NCBI GenBank assembly: GCA_963840035.1
Contig: CAWIXE010000002.1
Location: 1,056,001 to 1,120,000 of the forward strand
Reading direction: 5' to 3'
Length of the DNA: 64,000 nucleotides
Source: a candidate division FCPU426 bacterium
Lineage (GTDB): Bacteria; Oederibacteriota; PGYV01; Palsa-1178
Numbering within the stretch: the stretch's first letter is position 1; each line of letters opens with the position of its first letter. The notes beneath the pieces are model-generated. The model made no database searches. It had not been told where the DNA came from and saw only the letters and a program-made list of their open reading frames with translations. A program made the position numbers and the translations under genes. Below are positions 18,303 to 27,745 of this stretch, one piece after another.

Positions 18303-19415
18303 TTATACTGCCGGTGACGGCGATAATCTTATGCCTTTAAAGGTCAGCTCAGCTTCAGTAATTAGTTCCTGCATGAGCTCCTTTACTGTGACTATCTTTG
18401 TTACCCTGTATGCATTAGCACCGCAGAAAGCAAAACCGTTATTCATGAGCCCCTTTGCCGCGCTTACAAGCGCCGAAGCTATACAGTACGGGCTTTCTTC
18501 TACTTTGCATGTTTTCAGGCAGTGATACGGGCATTTTATGGGAACTTTATGGCCCTGGGCGACAAGTTCAAGAAACTTATTATTGACAGCCCTGCCTGGC
18601 AGGCCAACCGGCGAGTTTATAATTACAATATCCTCTTCTTTACAGTTTATAAACGCTTCCTTAAACAGCGGGCTTGCGTCGCATTCCTCAGTGGCCACAA
18701 ATCTTGTACCCATCTGCACTCCCGAAGCGCCCAGTTCCATTATTCTTGCAATATCAGTCCCTGTGAATATTCCGCCGGCCGCAATCACAGGAATCTTCCT
18801 GCCGTATTTTTCCTCATACGGCTTTACCGCCTCTATCACATCCGTTACGAGTTTCTCAAGGTTATGTTCTTCCATATTTTGCAGTTCTTTATAGGAGAAT
18901 CCCAGGTGTCCTCCGGCTTTTGGGCCTTCTACTATGACCAAATCCGGGGCAGTGCTATATTTTGAGTCCCACGATTTGCATATGATTGCCGCGCTTCTGC
19001 CCGATGACGCAATGGGAGCGAGCTTTACATTTGACTTCATCTCAATCTTAAACTTAGGCAGGTGCAAAGGCAGCCCAGCCCCTGAGATTATTATATCGAT
19101 GCCTTCTTCTATGGATGTCCTTATGATTTCGTCATAGTTTGTCATGGCGCCGAGTATATTCACGCCCAGCAGCCCCTTTGTCATAGCTTTTGCGGCCCTG
19201 ATTTCCTCCCGTAGCGCCCTGTTATTTGACTCCACAAAATTTGAAAATGCGTCCGGTTGCTTGAAACAAATACCCACCGTAGAAATCACACCAATGCCGC
19301 CTTCATTTGCCACAGCTGAAGCAAGTTTTGACAAGGATATGCCAACGCCCATGCCTCCCTGAATGATGGGCACTTTTGCCAGTATGTCACCAATTTTAAG
19401 TTCCGGTAATTTCAT
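18303..19415 (-). CDS. Nitronate monooxygenase / FabK-FabX-like flavoprotein
   Basis: PIIQGGMGVG, SGAGLP, EGPKAGGHLG, AAGGI, QMGTRF, C-terminal Cys cluster CPYHCLKTC...YCI. Confidence 0.88.
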   Translation of the reverse strand: MKLPELKIGDILAKVPIIQGGMGVGISLSKLASAVANEGGIGVISTVGICFKQPDAFSNFVESNNRALREEIRAAKAMTKGLLGVNILGAMTNYDEIIRTSIEEGIDIIISGAGLPLHLPKFKIEMKSNVKLAPIASSGRSAAIICKSWDSKYSTAPDLVIVEGPKAGGHLGFSYKELQNMEEHNLEKLVTDVIEAVKPYEEKYGRKIPVIAAGGIFTGTDIARIMELGASGVQMGTRFVATEECDASPLFKEAFINCKEEDIVIINSPVGLPGRAVNNKFLELVAQGHKVPIKCPYHCLKTCKVEESPYCIASALVSAAKGLMNNGFAFCGANAYRVTKIVTVKELMQELITEAELTFKGIRLSPSPAV

Positions 19416-19552
19416 ATATTACTCCTTTTTTTAGGCCGGTAATGACGGTTAACCTGGTTTCATAAGAAGCCATTTGGAATGGCTGCAGCTGACTGTCCAA
19501 GTATAGTCTACAATCCTGCCCGACTATTGCTCATAGTTATCTATCAATACAT

Positions 19553-19581
19553 ATTATACATTTATTTCCACAAAAAGTCAA
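19553..19581 (-). promoter_or_regulatory. Sigma-70-type promoter
   Basis: TTGACT-17 bp-TATAAT. Confidence 0.75.
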
Positions 19582-19596
19582 ACACCGTTGGGTTTA

Positions 19597-19798
19597 GTTA
19601 TTGTATATAATCGTGTGTAAATTCATATTTGCTTATATTAAACGTGTTAATTTTCTTCTACCACTGCTTCCCCCTCTCCTATTAGTAGATGGGCTGGGGT
19701 GAGGTGAAACCAATTGTCTTATTCCCCTCACCCTACCTTCTCCCAAGGGGAGAGGGAAAAAAGAACAAAACAATTTACACACAATTCTTGACAATATC
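19597..19798. mobile_element. ~200-bp MITE, copy 1 (Mutator/IS256-like ends)
   Basis: Homologous to 56731-56931; imperfect ~25-bp terminal IRs with GTGTGTAAA/TTTACACAC cores; flanks TGGGTTTA / CGGGTTTA (7/8 direct repeat). Confidence 0.75.
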
Positions 19799-19803
19799 CG
19801 GGT

Positions 19804-20256
19804 TTATTCATAGCCATACATGGAGTAACTCAGAGCCCTGGTATCTGTCTGTGAATTACGCAGCCATATATTGCCTGTGACCTTGTTGTATTTCCATCCG
19901 TCAGTATTTGTGTTGATAGTGGCATTAACAACCACGACATTTACGGCAGTCGATGTCCCTGAGAGTTTATAACCGCTTTTTGAGTGCGTAACCTTTACTG
20001 CCGGTATTTTCTGAATATACTTGGTCAAAAACCTGTTGTCAGTCAATCCACCCGGCCATACGGAATTGGATGCATAATAAATAACTACAGCGCTTTTTAA
20101 CGCGGCTATATTTCCTTTTGTAGCGCCTTCCTTTGACTTTTCGAGCATGTCACTGAACTTTGGGATAGATACGCTGGCAAGTATGCCTATAACCGCAACC
20201 ACTATCATAAGCTCAATTAACGTAAATCCTTTATCGCTACTTTTGGTTTTTTTCAT
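19804..20256 (-). CDS. Type IV pilin / T2SS pseudopilin-like protein
   Basis: Prepilin cleavage motif [19 protein letters not shown]. Confidence 0.88.
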   Translation of the reverse strand: MKKTKSSDKGFTLIELMIVVAVIGILASVSIPKFSDMLEKSKEGATKGNIAALKSAVVIYYASNSVWPGGLTDNRFLTKYIQKIPAVKVTHSKSGYKLSGTSTAVNVVVVNATINTNTDGWKYNKVTGNIWLRNSQTDTRALSYSMYGYE

Positions 20257-20349
20257 AATTTATAATAACCCCTTTAGCCCAATTTGTCAAAAACTATAAT
20301 TACCGGAAAAACGGTTTCAGATATACACTTCCAGAACTGATGAAATCCA

Positions 20350-21303
20350 TTATAGAGTCATCACTTCCTGAAGTCCTGATATATATTTTACTATTTCATC
20401 CTTATCATCCATAGTCATTAGTTTTTTTCTGACATCAGCCGCGCGGTCAAAACCCTTAATGTATTTGTTAAAATACTTCCTGGCTTCAAGCATGCCGCGC
20501 TGTCCCTTAAAAGAGTAAAGCAGCTCAAAATGGCTCAAAGAAGTCAGAATCCTTTCCCTAAGGGACGGCATATATCCGGGCTCCATAATTTCTTTAAAAA
20601 TAAAGGGATTTCCTATGGCTGCCCTGCCTATCATAACCGCGTCGCAGCCTGTTTCTTTTTGCATGCGGAAAGCGTCTCCGGCGGTTATTACATCGCCGTT
20701 GCCAATAACAAATAGTTTTGATTTTTCTTTAAGTATCCGGATATGCTCCCAGTTTGACTTTCCCTTAAACTGCTGCATGCGGGTGCGCGGATGAAGTGTT
20801 ATTATGGATACGCCGTTATCCTCGGCCATTTTATTAAATTCAAGGAACACTATTTTCGAATCATCCCAGCCGCTCCTTATCTTTATGCTTACCGGAACTT
20901 TGACTGCTTTGACAGTGTTCTGGACTATCTTTTCGGCAAGCGGCAGGTCCAAAAGCAGGCTTGCGCCGGAACCTGACCCGGCAATGCGCCGCACCGGGCA
21001 CCCGAAATTTATGTCTATAAGGTCAAACCCCATCTCTTCTGAAGCCTTGGCGGCATCATAGAACATATCCGCCCTGTTGCCAAAAAGCTGGATTGCTACG
21101 GGCTTTTCTTCAGGGGTAAAATAGGTAAGTTTTTCCATCTTGGGGCGCAGCCGCGGGACAGCCATGGTATATTCGCTCACCATTTCCGTATAAGCAATCG
21201 AAGCGCCGTATTCCCTGCACAACATACGGAAAGCATGGTCTGTATAGCCCGCCAGCGGGGCCAGGACATAAGGAAATTTTTTTATTTGTTCTAATACGTT
21301 CAT
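20350..21303 (-). CDS. dusB: tRNA-dihydrouridine synthase
   Basis: LAPLAG.TD, IDINFGCP, HPRT, GNGD, MIGRAAIGNP. Confidence 0.9.
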   Translation of the reverse strand: MNVLEQIKKFPYVLAPLAGYTDHAFRMLCREYGASIAYTEMVSEYTMAVPRLRPKMEKLTYFTPEEKPVAIQLFGNRADMFYDAAKASEEMGFDLIDINFGCPVRRIAGSGSGASLLLDLPLAEKIVQNTVKAVKVPVSIKIRSGWDDSKIVFLEFNKMAEDNGVSIITLHPRTRMQQFKGKSNWEHIRILKEKSKLFVIGNGDVITAGDAFRMQKETGCDAVMIGRAAIGNPFIFKEIMEPGYMPSLRERILTSLSHFELLYSFKGQRGMLEARKYFNKYIKGFDRAADVRKKLMTMDDKDEIVKYISGLQEVMTL

Positions 21304-21779
21304 TTATCCCTTTTCTTTGCTTCCCGTTTCTTATTTGACCTTATTGAAACTTTTTTCTCCAGGGCGTCAATTATCCTGTTCATGACCATGAATACGACTA
21401 TTATTACCCCGGTTGAGAGCGCTGCCAGATAATAGTTTCCCGCCCCGACTGCCACGCCGATGCCTGCCACACTCCAGAGACTGGCCGCGGTCGTTAAACC
21501 AATAACAGAACCACCGAATTGTATGATGGTGCCCGCGCCGAGAAAACCAATTCCAGTAACTATCTGAGCCGCTATCCTGCTCGGGTCCACCTGCGCCTTG
21601 CCCTGAAATTCCTGGTAGAACCATATTGACATGATTGTAAATACCGTCGATCCAAGCCCGACTAAAATATGAGTTTTTGTCCCGGCAGGCTTATTCCTTA
21701 ATTCCCTGTCGATGCCCACTATCGCCGCCAAAATTACTATCATAAATACTTTTACCGTGATATCAATGTACTGGCCCAT
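21300..21779 (-). CDS. MgtC/SapB family membrane protein
   Basis: KPAG.KTH, DPSRIAAQIVTGIGFLGAG, GLTTAASLW. Confidence 0.92.
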   Translation of the reverse strand: MGQYIDITVKVFMIVILAAIVGIDRELRNKPAGTKTHILVGLGSTVFTIMSIWFYQEFQGKAQVDPSRIAAQIVTGIGFLGAGTIIQFGGSVIGLTTAASLWSVAGIGVAVGAGNYYLAALSTGVIIVVFMVMNRIIDALEKKVSIRSNKKREAKKRDK

Positions 21780-21798
21780 AAATTATTCCTCCTTATGA

Positions 21799-22812
21799 TT
21801 ATACGCCCGCTATCGCGAGATCAGGATGCACTTCCTCATCCATGGGCGATTTTATTCCCCTTTTTATATATTCATATCCTGTATACGCTATCATGCCTGC
21901 GTTATCAGTACACAGCGCGAAAGAAGGCACATAAAAGCTCAGTTTTTTCTCCGCGCAAAACCCTTTTATCTCGTCCTTAAGATAGGAATTTGCCGCGACC
22001 CCGCCGGATATGCTTACGCTTTTCATCCTGTATTTTTCAAATATGCGCCGCATTTTATTGGATATGGAGCGCACTATGGATTTCTGAAATGCCGCGGCGA
22101 TATCATTTACCGGTATTGTCCCGTCTTCTATCTTTGCCCTGTTCCTGTCTATGTAATACAGCACCGAGGTTTTGATGCCGCTGAATGAAAAATCAAAACT
22201 TTTATCCTTCATCTGGGCCTGAGGAAATATAATCTTCCTCGCGTCGCCTTTCAATGCCGCCTTTGAAATGGACGGCCCGCCCGGGTATGGCAGCCCGAGC
22301 ATTTTTGCCACTTTATCAAAGGCCTCTCCCGCGGCGTCATCGCGCGTGGAGCCCAGCAGGTCATAAACACCGAAACTTTTGGCAAGATAAATATTAGTAT
22401 GCCCGCCCGAGACAACAAGTCCCAGGTACGGGAAAGTAAAATCAGGGAATTCAATGAACGGGCTTAAGAGGTGCGCTTCTATGTGGTTTACGCATATCAG
22501 CGGTATTTCCAGCGCCGCGCATACGGCTTTGGCGTAAGAGAGACCCACAATCAGCGCCCCGGCAAGGCCCGGCCCGTATGTCACAGCCACCGCGCCGATA
22601 TCCTCAAAATCCACGCCGGCCTTGGTAAGAGCCTCTTCCACAACAACCGGAAGTTTTGCCAGGTGTTCCCTCGCCGCTATTTCAGGCACCACCCCGCCAT
22701 AAACGCGGTGGGTTTTAATCTGGGAAAATATGACGTTTGAAATAAGCTTCCCGTCTTTTAAGACAGCCGCCGATGTTTCGTCGCAGGAAGTTTCTATGCC
22801 GAGTATATACAT
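21799..22812 (-). CDS. tsaD: tRNA N6-threonylcarbamoyltransferase TsaD
   Basis: LGIETSCDET, GGVVPE, HIEAH, SGGHT, DDAAGEAFDK, TDNAGMIA. Confidence 0.97.
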   Translation of the reverse strand: MYILGIETSCDETSAAVLKDGKLISNVIFSQIKTHRVYGGVVPEIAAREHLAKLPVVVEEALTKAGVDFEDIGAVAVTYGPGLAGALIVGLSYAKAVCAALEIPLICVNHIEAHLLSPFIEFPDFTFPYLGLVVSGGHTNIYLAKSFGVYDLLGSTRDDAAGEAFDKVAKMLGLPYPGGPSISKAALKGDARKIIFPQAQMKDKSFDFSFSGIKTSVLYYIDRNRAKIEDGTIPVNDIAAAFQKSIVRSISNKMRRIFEKYRMKSVSISGGVAANSYLKDEIKGFCAEKKLSFYVPSFALCTDNAGMIAYTGYEYIKRGIKSPMDEEVHPDLAIAGV

Positions 22813-22822
22813 TACAACTCCT

Positions 22823-22910
22823 CAATTTTGAATTTTCAATTTTGAATTTTCAATTAACAACGGGTTTGTCTTCATCCCCAATTGAAAATCGAAAATTTAA
22901 AATTGAAAAT
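22823..22910. repeat. Heptamer-unit inverted repeat array
   Basis: (AATTTTS)4 followed by inverted AATTGAA/AATCGAA/AATTTAA units. Confidence 0.8.
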
Positions 22911-22915
22911 AGCAC

Positions 22916-23962
22916 TTACTGTAACAGCTCCGCCACATAAACAAACTCAAACCCTTCCGCCTCTATTTCCGGCATCATGCGTTTTAGCGTCTCAAGCGTG
23001 ACCTCGTCATCGTGACCTATTCCGATCGCCCACCCCTGTTTTTTCGCTATGGCCTTGACCTGGTTTATCTGGACTTCATTATAGGCCGCTTCTTTTTTAT
23101 TATCTATGAAAACATTTCTTTTTCCGGCTTTTACGCCCATTTCAAGCGCGGTCTTGTACGCCACGGTTTTTCCGCTGGTTAAACTGTCGATAAAAAAATA
23201 ACCCTTTTCTTTCAGCGCGGTTAAGACGCCTCTCATAGTTTCCTTATTTTCAGTAACAAGCGAACCCTGATGATTGTTTACCCCGGTAATATAGGGAATC
23301 TCCCCTGCCAGTTTGTCCACTATCCTGGTAATCTCCCCCTGGCTCATGCCCGCCATGATGGTTTCCTTTTCCAGAGGCATCTTCCTCTCAGGCTGCATGG
23401 GCAGGTGCAGCATGACGCCTTTTCCTGCGACATGCGCCTGCTCCGCGGCCTTTTTTGAATATTTAAGGCCCGGCAGGACCGCCGCTGTATATACCTGTTT
23501 TATGGACGACAGATACGGAAGGCTTTTGGCGCCATAACCCCAATCATCAAGTATTATGGCTATCTTAGGCTTAAAATTCCTCACAAAACGGAATTTACAT
23601 ACCCTGGAAAAAGGCGATTCAATCTCGACCACTACGCTTTCTGATTTGTCTGTTTTGACTTCGGAACATTTTACGCCCATGTCCCGATTATCCGGGATGA
23701 GCGATAAAAACGCCTTTTCGAGTGTTTTGTAATCATACCTGCGCGGCATCCTCGCGGTGATATCAAGTACCTTTCCGTTATTCCTGGATACTATCAGAGC
23801 CGGGTCAACAATGATGTTTGTGATAAGAAAATTTTCAGAAATTTCTTTCAGATTGGCGGTTACCCTGTCAACCCTGGGCATGTAAATATACCTATAGAAT
23901 AATAATCCCAGCGCGGCCAGCACGAATATAACGGCCGCTGACGAAGAAAGGAATTTCTTCAT
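22916..23962 (-). CDS. Divergent polysaccharide deacetylase family protein
   Basis: IAIILDDWG, LHLPMQP, GVNNHQGS, FFIDSLT, IGIGH; typical position after ctpA. Confidence 0.9.
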   Translation of the reverse strand: MKKFLSSSAAVIFVLAALGLLFYRYIYMPRVDRVTANLKEISENFLITNIIVDPALIVSRNNGKVLDITARMPRRYDYKTLEKAFLSLIPDNRDMGVKCSEVKTDKSESVVVEIESPFSRVCKFRFVRNFKPKIAIILDDWGYGAKSLPYLSSIKQVYTAAVLPGLKYSKKAAEQAHVAGKGVMLHLPMQPERKMPLEKETIMAGMSQGEITRIVDKLAGEIPYITGVNNHQGSLVTENKETMRGVLTALKEKGYFFIDSLTSGKTVAYKTALEMGVKAGKRNVFIDNKKEAAYNEVQINQVKAIAKKQGWAIGIGHDDEVTLETLKRMMPEIEAEGFEFVYVAELLQ

Positions 23963-25425
23963 GACTTCATATTTCTCAGTTTGTTGATGGTATTTAAAAG
24001 GTCAACAGCTTTTTTTACCTGCGAATCATTTTCAATCGCGGCTTTTCTGGCAGCCCCGCGGCCCTTCTGTTTCTTGGCCACTTCAATCTTAATCCATTTA
24101 AGTATGGTATCCCTGTCCTGGGCCAGTTCCTGAACCTGTATGTCCTGCTTTTTTTCCTTTAGGAACTTTCCAAACTCTTCCATTATCTTGTCGTCGCCGT
24201 CCTTTTTAAACAGGACCTTAATATCCGACTCCGAAACCTTGACCGCGTCTTTTCTGGCAGCCTCCAGCCCGTCCGGATGTTTTTTCAGGAACTCAGCCGA
24301 GAAATCCTCAAAAACATTCTTTTCATAGAGCCCCGCCGTGTAGCTTGACGGCACGGCTTCCTCCATGACTATATCCGGTGTGATGCCCAGGCCGTGAATG
24401 GACTTGCCGTTTGGCGTCATGTACTTTGCCGTAGTCAGCCTTAAGGCGGACTTGTCAGACAGCGGTATGATGGTCTGGACAGAGCCTTTTCCAAATGACT
24501 GGGTGCCGAGTATGACCGCTCTGTTATTATCCTGAAGCGCGCCTGATAGGATCTCCGAAGCCGAAGCGCTGCCCCTGTTTATGAGCACAACTATATCTCC
24601 TTTGAACTGCTCGCCTTTTTCCGACTTAAACTCAATACCCTTTGTTTTGGACCTTCCCTGCGTATAAACTATCATGGAATCTTTCGGGAGGAACATGTCC
24701 GATATCTGCACTGCCTGGTCAAGCAGCCCTCCCGGGTTATCCCTTAAGTCAATGACAAGCTTTTTGATCTTGTCTTTTTTAAACTGTTTTAAACCTTTTT
24801 CCACTATGTCTGATGCGTCTCCCATGAATTCATTTATCCTGATGTAGCCTATATCATCGCCTATGGTGTTGAACCTGGCTGTCTCAATTTTTATGACCGC
24901 CCTTGTGAGCGTGTAGTCCTTAAAATCCGGGCTGCTCCCGCGCTGGATGCTGATGGTCACTTTCGTGCCCGGCTCGCCGCGCAGTTTATGCACGGCATCC
25001 ATGACCTCGAGCCCTTCGGTTGAGTCGCCTTCAATGAGCATTATTTTATCCCCTGCCTTGATGCCCGCTTCGTAAGCCGGAGTATCTTCAATGGGGGCAA
25101 CAACGATTAACTGGCCGTCCTTAACCGATATTTCGATGCCAAGCCCGCCAAACTGCGCTTTAGTATCATCGCTCATGTCCTTATATGCCTGCGGGTCCAT
25201 GTACTGCGAAAAGGGGTCTATGTTTTGTATCATACCTTTAATAGCGCCCTCAGCAAGGTCCTTCGGATTTGTCTTATCCTCATCAACATAGCTTTCCTGA
25301 ATGATGGCATATACTTCCATCAGCGGCTTTAGGGCTTCATAAGCTTCTTTCTGCTTGTCAGCCCTCGCCGCGAATGAGAAACATACAGTAAATATCAAAA
25401 CCATTAAAGTAATCCGTCTTTTCAT
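23959..25425 (-). CDS. ctpA: Carboxyl-terminal processing protease, S41 family
   Basis: FGGLGI PDZ, DLRDNPGGLL, SASASEI, FGKGSVQ, signal peptide. Confidence 0.93.
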   Translation of the reverse strand: MKRRITLMVLIFTVCFSFAARADKQKEAYEALKPLMEVYAIIQESYVDEDKTNPKDLAEGAIKGMIQNIDPFSQYMDPQAYKDMSDDTKAQFGGLGIEISVKDGQLIVVAPIEDTPAYEAGIKAGDKIMLIEGDSTEGLEVMDAVHKLRGEPGTKVTISIQRGSSPDFKDYTLTRAVIKIETARFNTIGDDIGYIRINEFMGDASDIVEKGLKQFKKDKIKKLVIDLRDNPGGLLDQAVQISDMFLPKDSMIVYTQGRSKTKGIEFKSEKGEQFKGDIVVLINRGSASASEILSGALQDNNRAVILGTQSFGKGSVQTIIPLSDKSALRLTTAKYMTPNGKSIHGLGITPDIVMEEAVPSSYTAGLYEKNVFEDFSAEFLKKHPDGLEAARKDAVKVSESDIKVLFKKDGDDKIMEEFGKFLKEKKQDIQVQELAQDRDTILKWIKIEVAKKQKGRGAARKAAIENDSQVKKAVDLLNTINKLRNMKS

Positions 25426-25513
25426 TTAATTCCTCCGTTTGGATAAGATTGCGCAGTTAAAAACTATTAAAATCTTATAATAAAGAGAGATAAAAGTCAA
25501 ATGCATATAAAAG

Positions 25514-25655
25514 CGAGACAAGAGATTGGAGACAGGAGTAAAGCATAAAAATGAGACAGGAGACAAGAGATTGGAGACAAGACTAAACCATATGGCCGCC
25601 CTTATCTCTTGTTTCCTATCTCCTATCTCCTATCTCCTATCTCCTATCTCTTTCC
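25514..25655. repeat. Heptamer-unit array (GAGACAA/GAGATTG/GAGACAG with inverted ATCTCCT run)
   Basis: Visible 7-bp periodicity on both arms. Confidence 0.8.
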
Positions 25656-25656
25656 T

Positions 25657-25914
25657 TTACTTTACCTTCAGGCGCTCCAACTTTACGTGAATGCCTTTTA
25701 ATCCTTTTAGCTTTTTGGCAAGTTTTTCCTGTTCCTTCTTTTCGCCTATAAGCTCCAGTATTAGAAGCCCGTAATTTGAGCACATGTCAGGCGACGCGTC
25801 ATGAATTCCCAGCCTTGTCTTAATAAGACACCCGAATTCAGTAAGTACTGCCTGGACTTTTACGGCATTCTCGTTCCTTGTGGAAATAAGCACCATCAAA
25901 ATTGTCTTTTCCAT
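25657..25914 (-). CDS. TM1266-like ACT-fold small protein (iron-only hydrogenase system regulator family)
   Basis: R..NA.KVQ.VLT.FGC.IKTRLGIHD pattern; ATG 25914 after GGAGG. Confidence 0.7.
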   Translation of the reverse strand: MEKTILMVLISTRNENAVKVQAVLTEFGCLIKTRLGIHDASPDMCSNYGLLILELIGEKKEQEKLAKKLKGLKGIHVKLERLKVK

Positions 25915-26025
25915 AACTTTTACCACCTCCCATCCGTCTAAATTATATCATAAATCTTGACTTTAAGGTCAAAAGTGTTAAACTCTAACAATGTATTATT
26001 TAAGAATATACGGGAGGTTTACGAA

Positions 26026-26541
26026 GTGAAAAAACTCATTATTGTCCTAGTTGTGCTATTTTTGCCCCTGTCAATGCTGCTGGCAGTGCCTCTTTCCACC
26101 GAAACTTTTACCCCGACAACCACAGACACCTTTACTATTACACCAACAGATACGGTAACACCGACTTCAACAATGACCCATACAGTCAGCCCCACAATTA
26201 CGGCAACCCCTACAATATCGCCGACGTTCACCTGTTCACCGACACCGCAGCCAAAATTATTTGCATACCCGAACCCCGCTGCATTTACCGATAAGATCGC
26301 GGTTGCGTATCCCCTGGATAACGGCAAATTAGCTTCAAAAGTCACAATTGTCATATTTAACATGGGTGGCAACGAGGTTGCAACAATAGTGGATGATATT
26401 CCAGCCAATGAAAACGCGGGTTATACTTCATTTGACATTAAAAAACTTGCGCGCGGCACGTATATATACCGGATAACCATAAGATATGCTGACGGCTCGG
26501 AAGACCGCCTGCCGATCAAAAAATTCGCCGTGCTGAAATAA
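26026..26541 (+). CDS. Small secreted protein: signal peptide + Thr/Pro linker + T9SS-CTD-like domain
   Basis: GTG 26026 after GGAGG; TPT repeats; YPNP...LARGTYIY...KKFAVLK tail. Confidence 0.8.
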   Translation: MKKLIIVLVVLFLPLSMLLAVPLSTETFTPTTTDTFTITPTDTVTPTSTMTHTVSPTITATPTISPTFTCSPTPQPKLFAYPNPAAFTDKIAVAYPLDNGKLASKVTIVIFNMGGNEVATIVDDIPANENAGYTSFDIKKLARGTYIYRITIRYADGSEDRLPIKKFAVLK

Positions 26542-26552
26542 TGGGGGCTAAC

Positions 26553-27497
26553 ATGAAAAAACTTACTCTTTGGGCTTTGCTTTTGACATTAATTGCTTCG
26601 TTTTCATTCGCTTCAACTGCCGATTATAAAGACGGCTCCACCGTGAGCGCCCTTTACAGCCAGGTCGGCGTCGGCGCTGCCGGAGCGGGCATGGCAAACG
26701 CATATACGGGCGCGTGCAATGATTCCACATCGGTATTCTGGAACCCCGCGGGGCTCGCCTCGATGAAGAAAAACGAGAAGGACTGGAACATGTTCTTCGC
26801 GCATAACGTATGGCTAGCTGATTCAATGATAGATAACCTCAGCGTTGCAAAATCATTCAAAAACTACGGCGTTGTCGGACTTGGCGTCTCCTACTATAAC
26901 GCAGGCGGTATGGATTATTACGAGATAAGCTCATCCGGAGAGCCTGTTGACCTCAACAGAAAGTTCTCAGTATACTCAATCGGCGTGAACCTCGCCTATT
27001 CCAACGCGCTCGACAAGGATATTGACTTCGGCGTAACCCTCAAATACCTGCTGGATGTCATTGATAACGACGCCGCAAACGCCTTTTCATTTGACCTGGG
27101 GCTGCGTTATAACTTCCAGCCCTTAAAAGGCCTTTCGTTTAACCTTGTGGCACGCAACTTTGGAGGACAGTTAAGCGACTTTATCATGGCAAAAGGGCTG
27201 ACCCTCGGATTGTTATACTCGCTGCAGCTTGAAAACTGGAACGTGGCGGCCGCGTATGACATCGAAGGAAATGTCCGTTCCGCCGCGGTTCACAGAATCG
27301 GAATCGAAGTTAAGAGCCCGTATATGTTCACCCTTCGCTGCGGATATTTTACGTATGCCAACAGCAGCGTATCAGGCTTTAAGAACATATCAACCGGCAT
27401 AGGAATGAATCTTGATGACAAACACATTGATTTCGCCTACGAACCTTACGGCGATCTGGGAAATGTCTTCAAAGTATCCTTCGGTTCCAACTTCTAA
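26553..27497 (+). CDS. PorV/PorQ-like outer-membrane beta-barrel
   Basis: Signal peptide; GMANAY.G..NDSTSVFWNPAGLA motif; alternating beta-strands; terminal Phe. Confidence 0.8.
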   Translation: MKKLTLWALLLTLIASFSFASTADYKDGSTVSALYSQVGVGAAGAGMANAYTGACNDSTSVFWNPAGLASMKKNEKDWNMFFAHNVWLADSMIDNLSVAKSFKNYGVVGLGVSYYNAGGMDYYEISSSGEPVDLNRKFSVYSIGVNLAYSNALDKDIDFGVTLKYLLDVIDNDAANAFSFDLGLRYNFQPLKGLSFNLVARNFGGQLSDFIMAKGLTLGLLYSLQLENWNVAAAYDIEGNVRSAAVHRIGIEVKSPYMFTLRCGYFTYANSSVSGFKNISTGIGMNLDDKHIDFAYEPYGDLGNVFKVSFGSNF

Positions 27498-27507
27498 TAT
27501 AAATTAT

Positions 27508-27548
27508 ATAATAAAAAAGGCGGGCTTTCAGCCCGCCTTTTTTATTAT
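27508..27548. terminator. Bidirectional intrinsic terminator
   Basis: AAAAAAGGCGGGCT-TTC-AGCCCGCCTTTTTT between convergent genes. Confidence 0.85.
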
Positions 27549-27584
27549 TAATACTGTTAACATGTTCTGTTTACAGTCTTAGGC

Positions 27585-27701
27585 TTGTCATTGCGAGGAG
27601 GCGTTTTTGTTATTTGCCGACGAAGCAATCTCGCTGCTCCAGAAGGAGAAAACGAGATTGCTTCGTCGCCATAAACAAACAGCGGCTCCTCGCAATGACA
27701 A
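27585..27701. repeat. Palindromic repeat element (GTCATTGCGAG...CTCGCAATGAC type)
   Basis: Nested IRs TTGTCATTGCGAGGAG/CTCCTCGCAATGACAA and CGACGAAGCAATCTCG/CGAGATTGCTTCGTCG. Confidence 0.8.
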
Positions 27702-27745
27702 ACTATAAACGCACCTTCTTAACCCTACTTATTATTCATTATTAA

